Assembly: GCA_035295865.1 (NCBI GenBank)
Contig: DATGIH010000526.1
Location: forward strand, 14,066 to 78,065
Source: Bryobacteraceae bacterium
Lineage (GTDB): Bacteria > Acidobacteriota > Terriglobia > Bryobacterales > Bryobacteraceae
Direction of reading: 5' to 3'
DNA: 64,000 nt
Below are positions 28,690 through 34,999 of the stretch, one piece after another. Position numbers and translations under genes: made by a program. The stretch's first letter is position 1, and every line of letters starts with the position of its first letter. Below the pieces are notes generated by a model, which was not told where the DNA came from, did no database searches, and saw only the letters and a program-made list of their open reading frames with translations.

Positions 28690-29456
28690 CGAAGGAAGAA
28701 GTCCGCAACCGCCTGCTTTTCTATCAGGATCTAGGCGTAAAAACCGTTTATCGCCGAGGCAAATCGCTAATCCCGAACCCCGAGCCCCCAGTCCCGAGTC
28801 CCCAGCCCCAATCCCCAAGCCTCAAACCCTTCGTAGCCCGAAGCGCTGAGGTGTTGCCCGTAGTACTTCCGCTCGCTCCGGCTCATGACAATCTGCTCAA
28901 AATCAGCGAAGATATTGGTGACTGCAAACGGTGTCGCTTGCATGAGGGCAGGAATCGGATCGTGTTTGGTTCCGGCAATGAACAGGCGAAACTGGTGTTT
29001 GTAGGCGAAGGCCCAGGGGCCGACGAGGACGCGCAGGGATTGCCGTTCGTCGGCCGGGCCGGACAACTTCTCACGCAAATGATCGAAGGGACTGCCTCGA
29101 AGGAAGGCATCCCGCTCAAACGGCCCGACGTGTACATCTGCAACGTTGTAAAGTGCCGGCCTCCGGAAAACCGCACGCCGCAACCGGATGAGATGGAGAT
29201 CTGCGGCCAGTTCCTTTTCCGCCAGCTTGAGGCGATTCGTCCCAAAGCGATCTGCGCGCTCGGTTCCACGGCGGCCAAAGCCATTCTCGGAACCAAAGAT
29301 GGGGTCACGCGTTTACGCGGAAAATGGATGCAGTGGCGCGATATTCCGTTGATGGTCACTTACCATCCTTCTTATCTTCTTCGCCCCTACAATCAGAACG
29401 CGAAGAAAGAAGCTTGGGAAGACCTGAAGAAAGTCCTGCATTTTGTCTACGATTAG
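28686..29456 (+). CDS. Family 4 uracil-DNA glycosylase
   Basis: [40 protein letters not shown] and HPSYLLR motifs. The N-terminal linker is Pro-rich ([16 protein letters not shown]). Confidence 0.9.
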   Translation: MTKEEVRNRLLFYQDLGVKTVYRRGKSLIPNPEPPVPSPQPQSPSLKPFVARSAEVLPVVLPLAPAHDNLLKISEDIGDCKRCRLHEGRNRIVFGSGNEQAKLVFVGEGPGADEDAQGLPFVGRAGQLLTQMIEGTASKEGIPLKRPDVYICNVVKCRPPENRTPQPDEMEICGQFLFRQLEAIRPKAICALGSTAAKAILGTKDGVTRLRGKWMQWRDIPLMVTYHPSYLLRPYNQNAKKEAWEDLKKVLHFVYD

Positions 29457-30102
29457 ACAACACAAAGGCCTCTTCATCACATTCGAAGGCCCCGACGGCA
29501 GCGGTAAAAGCACCCAAGCTCGGTTGTTTGCCGAGCGGCTCCGGCGCGAAGGGCACACGGTGCTCGAGTCCGTGGAACCGGGTGGAACGCCGATCGGCCA
29601 GCAGATCCGGCGCATCTTGCTCGATCCCGCGAATCAGGAACTGCGCGCGGTGCCCGAACTGTTGCTGATGTTCGCCGCGCGGGCGCAAAACGTGGAGCAG
29701 TCCATCTTGCCTGCGCTGCGCGAGGGCCACATCGTCGTCTCGGATCGCTTCACGGATTCTTCCATCGCCTATCAGGGCGCGGCGCGAGGCCTCGGTTGGG
29801 ACACGGTGCTCGAAGTGGATCGCATCGCCTGCCATGGTTTAGTTCCCGATTTGACCCTCTGCATCGACATCGATACGGAAACCGGATTGGCTCGCGCGCA
29901 TTCCCGCAATCTCGGCAATGTCAGGCAAGAGGCTCGCATCGACGAGCAGGCCGTGGAGTTCCATCACAAAGTCCGTGATGCCTACCACGAGCTGGCCCGG
30001 TGCGAGCCGGATCGCGTGCGCCTAATCGATGGCAGCGCATCTCAAGAAGAGGTCGCGGCCAAAGTGTGGGATGTCGCCGCGCCCTTGCTAGCGAGCCTTT
30101 GA
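29443..30102 (+). CDS. tmk: dTMP (thymidylate) kinase
   Basis: FITFEGPDGSGKSTQ P-loop and DRF motif. TTG start overlapping the UDG 3' end. Confidence 0.92.
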   Translation: MSTIRQHKGLFITFEGPDGSGKSTQARLFAERLRREGHTVLESVEPGGTPIGQQIRRILLDPANQELRAVPELLLMFAARAQNVEQSILPALREGHIVVSDRFTDSSIAYQGAARGLGWDTVLEVDRIACHGLVPDLTLCIDIDTETGLARAHSRNLGNVRQEARIDEQAVEFHHKVRDAYHELARCEPDRVRLIDGSASQEEVAAKVWDVAAPLLASL

Positions 30103-30118
30103 CACGGGGCTGCCGTGT
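30102..30118 (+). terminator. Weak hairpin after tmk stop (possible terminator)
   Basis: ACACGG-ggctg-CCGTGT (6-bp stem) overlaps the TGA stop. It is followed by gttct, with no real T-run. Confidence 0.25.
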
Positions 30119-30120
30119 GT

Positions 30121-30196
30121 TCTAACATGGCCATGTGGATCTAACATGGCCATGTTAAGTTAACATGGCCATGTTAAACAAACATCGCCACCATGC
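30121..30196 (+). promoter_or_regulatory. Operator-like array: 3.5 tandem 19-bp units carrying the palindrome AACATGGCCATGTT
   Basis: Unit 1, 30121-30139: tctAACATGGCCATGTgga. Unit 2, 30140-30158: tctAACATGGCCATGTTaa. Unit 3, 30159-30177: gTTAACATGGCCATGTTAA, an 18-bp perfect palindrome. A degenerate fourth unit at 30178-30196 (AACATcGCCAcc) overlaps the ATG at 30193. Confidence 0.7.
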
Positions 30197-31347
30197 AAGC
30201 TATATCCAGCTCCGATTACCGGGGCATTCTTGCCAACCTCTTTCAAAAAAGGGGCTGGCGGATTCTCAGTCTTCCTGCTGCCGCGGCCAACGGTGCGAAC
30301 CTGGCCGTCCAGGCCGGCAAAAATAAGTACATCGTTCAAATCAGGTCGGCCTCGGAGGGCCGCCGCGACCGTCTGATCTCTGTGCTCTCACAAGCTGTTC
30401 TCGAAGCTCAGTCGTCCGCCCGCCGCTTTCCCTCGTCCATCACCCCCCTGGCAGTGGTTGCCTCCAAGCGCGTGCCAGAATCGGTCGCGGATCAGCTCCA
30501 AGCGTTCGTGGAACAGAACGCTCCGGGCGTGGCTGTCGGAGTCATCGATTCCAGCGGGTTTCGCTCCTTTCGTGGCGCTGGCCTCGAACCGCTAAACGCA
30601 TCTCCCGCGCGCCTTCCTCGGAAGCAACCGAACTCGCCTCAACCCCTGGCCAATCTGTTCTCCGATCTAAACCAATGGATGCTAAAAATCCTTCTCGGTC
30701 AGAGTCTGCCCGAAAACCTGATTCGCGTCCCGCGGCAGCCGGTCGAAAATGCATCGCAACTGGCTGAAGCTGCCGAAGTGTCGGGCATGAGCGGGTCGCG
30801 ATTCGTAAACCAACTCGCGGCGCGCGGATTCTTGGATGAGAATGCGACTGAACTCAAGCTCGTCCGTCTCGAAGAACTGCTGGACCTGTGGGCTGCGGAC
30901 AAGCGGACTGCCATAAATGAAATACCGGCTCGTTGGATCATCAAGGCCGGACCGGATCAATTACGCGATGCCGTCCGGCGATACAGCTCGAAAGCGATTC
31001 GGAACCAGCCTCAATGCTGTTTGGGCCTCTTCGCCGCCGCCGATGTGCTGGGGCTCGGATTCGTTCGTGGAGCCCTGCCGCATCTTTATCTGGAACGCAT
31101 GACGCTCGATGCGATGAACCGGCTCGGCCTCGACTTCAGCAAGTCCAACCGTCCCGCCGACGTGATGGTGCGCATTCCTAGAAATCCGCAAGCCATCTTT
31201 CGCGCATCCGTGCAACGCGAAGGAATCTCGGTATCGGACGTACTGCAGATATGGCTCGATGTTTCGGCGCATCCCGGCCGGGGACGTGAACAGGCTCGTG
31301 AAATACGCCGCCGTGCGTTGAGCCCGTTGTTTAAAAAACGCAGATGA
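30193..31347 (+). CDS. AbiEi-like wHTH regulator/antitoxin candidate with extra N-terminal endonuclease-fold-like module
   Basis: Central HTH-like segment ASQLAEAAEVSGMSGSRFVNQLAARGFL. The C-terminal part (LGLFAAADVLGLGF..., PHLYLERMTLDAMNRLGL, ISVSDVLQIWLDVSAHPGRGREQAREI) resembles AbiEi C-domains. The N-terminal YRGILANLFQKRGWRI...ANLAV...YIVQIRSAS looks like a degenerate Mrr-type core. No SD upstream. Confidence 0.5.
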   Translation: MQAISSSDYRGILANLFQKRGWRILSLPAAAANGANLAVQAGKNKYIVQIRSASEGRRDRLISVLSQAVLEAQSSARRFPSSITPLAVVASKRVPESVADQLQAFVEQNAPGVAVGVIDSSGFRSFRGAGLEPLNASPARLPRKQPNSPQPLANLFSDLNQWMLKILLGQSLPENLIRVPRQPVENASQLAEAAEVSGMSGSRFVNQLAARGFLDENATELKLVRLEELLDLWAADKRTAINEIPARWIIKAGPDQLRDAVRRYSSKAIRNQPQCCLGLFAAADVLGLGFVRGALPHLYLERMTLDAMNRLGLDFSKSNRPADVMVRIPRNPQAIFRASVQREGISVSDVLQIWLDVSAHPGRGREQAREIRRRALSPLFKKRR

Positions 31348-32150
31348 CCGCAGCCAATCCATTCGCGCGTCTGCTGATGGCGCTCCAACCCTGGCTCCCC
31401 CACATCGTGATCGTGGGTGGCTGGGCGCACCAACTCTATCGACTCCATCCGCATGCACAATCGTTGAACTATCCGCCACTGAGTACCTTGGACACGGACA
31501 TCGCCCTTCCTCAGCGCACTCCCATGGGAGAGGAGGACATCCGTTCCCGTCTGCTCGGCCACGGCTTCTTCGAAGAATTCATGGGCGAGGACCACCCGCC
31601 CGCCACTCACTATCACTTGGGAGGCGACTCTTCCGGCTTCTACGCGGAGTTCCTCACTCCGCTTATCGGCAGCGAACTCGATCGCAGCAAGAAACGCAAA
31701 GCGACGGCGCGAATCGCCGGTGTTGCTTCGCAGCGGCTCCGCTTCATCGAGCTTTTACTGGATCAGCCGTGGTCCATCGGCTTCGAGCAAAGCAGTTTCA
31801 GAACTTCGGTTCAGATTGCCAACCCGGTCGCCTTCATCGCGCAGAAAGTTCTCATCCATGGAAAACGTGCGCGCCCGGACAGAGTCAAGGACATCCTCTA
31901 TATCCACGACACGCTCGAAGTCTTCGGTGCACGGCTGCCCGATCTCCACGAGTTGTGGCGGACCGCGGTGGCTCCGAAACTGCAGACCAGCAGTGCCCGC
32001 AAAGTCCTAGCCGCACCAAAGGAGCTTTTCCCGGAAGTGACCGATGACATTCGGAGTGCGGCGGAGATTTCGGTGGAGCGCGCGCTTTCGCCGGAGGAAA
32101 TCAGAGCCGCATGCCACTACGGCCTGTCGAGAATCTTCACGAGGAACTAA
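31344..32150 (+). CDS. Minimal nucleotidyltransferase-fold protein (AbiEii/DUF1814- or GSU2403-like toxin candidate)
   Basis: ATGA overlap with the upstream gene. NTase motifs: IVIVGGWAHQLY (hGG-x-A), TLDTDIAL (D-x-D), and AQKVLIHGKRARPDRVKDILYIHD (K...R...KD..D). Confidence 0.55.
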   Translation: MTAANPFARLLMALQPWLPHIVIVGGWAHQLYRLHPHAQSLNYPPLSTLDTDIALPQRTPMGEEDIRSRLLGHGFFEEFMGEDHPPATHYHLGGDSSGFYAEFLTPLIGSELDRSKKRKATARIAGVASQRLRFIELLLDQPWSIGFEQSSFRTSVQIANPVAFIAQKVLIHGKRARPDRVKDILYIHDTLEVFGARLPDLHELWRTAVAPKLQTSSARKVLAAPKELFPEVTDDIRSAAEISVERALSPEEIRAACHYGLSRIFTRN

Positions 32151-32592
32151 ATCGCGAAACGATGAAGAGCCCGCCGCCGATCGCGATGGCGTCTTCGATC
32201 AGCGCCACCGTGATATCGGGAAGCTTCCCCTTCGCTACGATGCGGCGCCTCGCCTGATATCCGCCAAACGTGCCGATCAGTGCTCCAACGACGCCTGCAA
32301 TGGCACCCGGCCAGGCGCTGAGCGCGAAGCCCGTTAGCCCGCCCATAATCAGCCGGTCAATCAAGGGACCCGGCTTGGTTCGCGCTCCAATCCAGGATTG
32401 TTTGTCCAGCACTAACTCAACCAGCGCAAGACCGGTAGAGATGTAGACCGCCAGGATTGTTCCAAGAAACGCGAGTTTCGTATCGCCCAGTGGTATCCAA
32501 CCCAGAAATCCCGCCCAGCACACAAGGGCGGGAGCGGTGAAAGATCGAAGACCGGCGACGATCCCAATAGCGAACGCGAGCAGCAAGGGCAT
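32137..32592 (-). CDS. DUF4126-like membrane protein
   Basis: Four hydrophobic helices. The N-terminal IVAGLRSFTAPALV pattern fits my recollection of DUF4126. It lies 11 nt downstream of the K+ channel gene. Confidence 0.5.
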   Translation of the reverse strand: MPLLLAFAIGIVAGLRSFTAPALVCWAGFLGWIPLGDTKLAFLGTILAVYISTGLALVELVLDKQSWIGARTKPGPLIDRLIMGGLTGFALSAWPGAIAGVVGALIGTFGGYQARRRIVAKGKLPDITVALIEDAIAIGGGLFIVSRFSSS

Positions 32593-32603
32593 GCGCTGTT
32601 AGC

Positions 32604-33518
32604 TTAACTCACCACTTTCAACTCATCAATCCGGTTCACATCCAGAATCAGATCCCCGGCTGGATCTACACTAAACGCGGGCTGAAATTTCGCTCCCCAC
32701 ACAAACTGATCGTAGGTGTAGGAATATTGCGCGTGAACCGTTTGGCTGAAGGTATCGTCGAAGCCTTTGATCAGCACCAGGATCTCGGTGCTGGCTTTTT
32801 CCAGGTCCTCTGCCGTTTTTCCGTAAAAAGGACTCCTTTCGTCGATCGGATGGACGATGGTCCATGTCAGCGGGAAAAAATAGATATGCCGCCGCTCCAG
32901 CGGAAGATCGATGAAGTCGCGCTTCAGCTGCCCGGAAGCCATATCCACGGTCATCAGCAAAACCCGAGCCTCCAGATCCATCAGGACATTGCTACGGGCA
33001 TTTGTGATGCGGAACTGCAGGCTGCTTCCATCCTGATAAGGCGCAATCAGGAGATGATTGCTGAACAGAATGCGCGCTGAGGGCCGCGAAAATCGCCCAT
33101 AGAGCAGTCCAGTGGCAATCGCAAATACCATCAAGCCGGTCGCCGCTTCGAGTGCGGCCACCAGATTGGTCGCGACGCCTCGAGGAAAAATATTCCCGTA
33201 CCCCACTGTCGTCAACGTATGAATGCTGAAGAAAAACGCATTGACAAACGGTGCCATCTCCGGTTCCAGGCCCTGCAAATGTTCGATTCCGAGCATCATG
33301 TAAATGCCGGCGAACACCATGTTGATACACAAGAATCCAGTGGCGACCACCGCTAAAAAGCGCGGCCACGTGGTATCGATCAGCGCCAGGTACAGATTGA
33401 CGTCGCGCAGGTGCGTTCCCTTGCGGCGGACATTGAACGTGCCATCCGGATTGATGGCCCGGCGCAGCGCACCGCCAAATTGCGTAGTTAAACCTGGATC
33501 GAAAGATTCCTTTTTCAT
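32604..33518 (-). CDS. Inward-rectifier-type (KirBac-like) potassium channel
   Basis: I place the start at the ATG at 33516-33518 (MKKESFDPGL...). Two TM helices flank a pore helix with the selectivity filter TLTTVGYGN. The C-terminal beta-rich cytoplasmic domain is typical of Kir. The longer ORF in the track is an Arg-rich extension that overlaps the kinase gene. Confidence 0.85.
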   Translation of the reverse strand: MKKESFDPGLTTQFGGALRRAINPDGTFNVRRKGTHLRDVNLYLALIDTTWPRFLAVVATGFLCINMVFAGIYMMLGIEHLQGLEPEMAPFVNAFFFSIHTLTTVGYGNIFPRGVATNLVAALEAATGLMVFAIATGLLYGRFSRPSARILFSNHLLIAPYQDGSSLQFRITNARSNVLMDLEARVLLMTVDMASGQLKRDFIDLPLERRHIYFFPLTWTIVHPIDERSPFYGKTAEDLEKASTEILVLIKGFDDTFSQTVHAQYSYTYDQFVWGAKFQPAFSVDPAGDLILDVNRIDELKVVS

Positions 33519-33568
33519 AGCCGGGAATGAACTCAGAATAACCCAGCGCTGAACAGGAATGCGGATTC

Positions 33569-34909
33569 TTAGGAAGCGCTTTGGCGTGGGAGCATGACTT
33601 CGATCTTGGTGCCTTTGCCCGGTTCGGATTTGACGGCAATGTTTCCGCACAGCTCCCGCACGCGCTCGGTGATGCCTAGCAGGCCGAGCCCGTACGAAAC
33701 GCCGCCGTGTTGGTCGAACCCGACGCCGTCGTCTTCCACCGTTACGGCCAGTTGGCCGTTGGCATCTTTCAGGCTCACCTTGATGTTTTTGGCCTGAGCG
33801 TGGCGAGCGCAGTTGGTGAGACCCTCCTGCACGATGCGATAAAGATAGGTCCGATGCGGATCCGGCAGATCCCGCAAGTCGCCAGCCACATCCAGCTGAA
33901 TGGGAGTCTTGTAACGCCGCGAGTACTCTCTCGCCTGCCACTCGAGGGCCGGCCCCAGACCAAGCAGATCCAGCATAGCCGGACGCAGACCCATCGCGAT
34001 TTCGCGCGTGGTTTTGAGTGTGGTCTCCGCCAGTTTCTTCGCTTGGTCCAGATGCGCGTCCGCTTCGCCAGTCTGGGTGGCTGGACGGGTCCGTTCCAAG
34101 TTCCCCAGCTCCATCCGCAATGCGGTCAACAATTGGCCGATCTCGTCATGCAGCTCGCGCGATAGCGATTTTCTCTCCTGTTCCTGCGACGAAACCAGCT
34201 GCTGGGAAAGCTGGCGCAGCCTTTTCTCCGCCTGTTTAGTCGCGTCCTGATATTCTGCGGATTCCTTTTCTAACGAAGAAATGCGAAAAATGCTGGCGCC
34301 CGCGATGATCGCGCCCAGGCAGAGCGCCGTCAGCATGGTCTTCCAGATGTCGTTCTGCAGATTCTCCACTGCGCTGCTGAGTTCACGCCGGCGCGCTTCG
34401 AAATTCTCTTCGTTTAGCTTACCCACCTCTTCGGTGAAGGCAAAGATTCGTTTGCTCTGGGCCGCGAACAAGTCCCGTACGGATGCGGTCTGATTCTTCA
34501 CGGGGCTCTCTTGTGTCTCGGCACGCGTCGCGTCCCAGTAGTCGCGCAACGCCGTTTCCAGCCGCTCCAGCACCTTGCTCTCCTGCTGTGGACGCAATCC
34601 GCGCAATTGATCCAGATCGGCAGTCGTTTTGGCCCACAGCCCGCGCAGTTGGCCGGCATAATCTTCGTTGGAAATGGCGGAATCCAGCAGACGGTCGCGC
34701 CGCAGAATGTCCGCCCCCGCGGTATTGGTGCGGATGCCTTCCACCAATTGCTCAATGTGCCGGTAGCTGTCTTCCACCGACAGGATCTGTTGATGGATGC
34801 GGCGTGTCTCCTGAATGCTGGCCACGCCTGTCAGCCCCATGATCAGCAGCATGAAACCGAGCCCGAATACCGAGACCGGCCAGATACTCTGTTCCTGTAT
34901 TTTCACCAT
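33569..34909 (-). CDS. Sensor histidine kinase, HisKA_3 (NarX/LiaS/DesK-type)
   Basis: Two TM helices flank a helical sensor region. H-box SRELHDEIGQLLTAL. HATPase motifs QEGLTNCARHA, DDGVGF and GLGLLGITERV. No response regulator gene is adjacent. Confidence 0.88.
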   Translation of the reverse strand: MVKIQEQSIWPVSVFGLGFMLLIMGLTGVASIQETRRIHQQILSVEDSYRHIEQLVEGIRTNTAGADILRRDRLLDSAISNEDYAGQLRGLWAKTTADLDQLRGLRPQQESKVLERLETALRDYWDATRAETQESPVKNQTASVRDLFAAQSKRIFAFTEEVGKLNEENFEARRRELSSAVENLQNDIWKTMLTALCLGAIIAGASIFRISSLEKESAEYQDATKQAEKRLRQLSQQLVSSQEQERKSLSRELHDEIGQLLTALRMELGNLERTRPATQTGEADAHLDQAKKLAETTLKTTREIAMGLRPAMLDLLGLGPALEWQAREYSRRYKTPIQLDVAGDLRDLPDPHRTYLYRIVQEGLTNCARHAQAKNIKVSLKDANGQLAVTVEDDGVGFDQHGGVSYGLGLLGITERVRELCGNIAVKSEPGKGTKIEVMLPRQSAS

Positions 34910-34999
34910 TCCGCACTCATCTATCGGCCCAATCGCGGCGGCGAATTAGTGCCTTCCCCTTAATTGGCAACGGATTTTTGCGAACTTTGGAGTTAGCTG

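Noticed and set aside
30127-30163. Mini-ORFs MAMWI* and MAMLS* inside the palindromic repeat units (possible leader peptides)
   Set aside because: The ATGs are an automatic by-product of the CATGGCCATG palindrome. There is no SD, and the third ATG pair is out of frame with the main ORF.
30121-30196. Possible miniature CRISPR array
   Set aside because: The units are directly abutting 19-bp repeats with no spacers, each an internal perfect palindrome. There are no cas genes. An operator array is the better fit.
33519-33941. N-terminal extension of the Kir channel ORF (track ORF 32604-33941)
   Set aside because: It overlaps the 3' end of the histidine kinase gene and has Arg/Pro/Gly-rich composition. 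The MKKESFDPGL start at 33518 matches Kir-family N-termini.
34965-34981. Sigma-54-like promoter TGGCAAcggattttTTGC upstream of the ADOP permease
   Set aside because: The GG and GC dinucleotides are separated by 12 nt, not the required 10. Sigma-54 promoters do not tolerate this spacing change.
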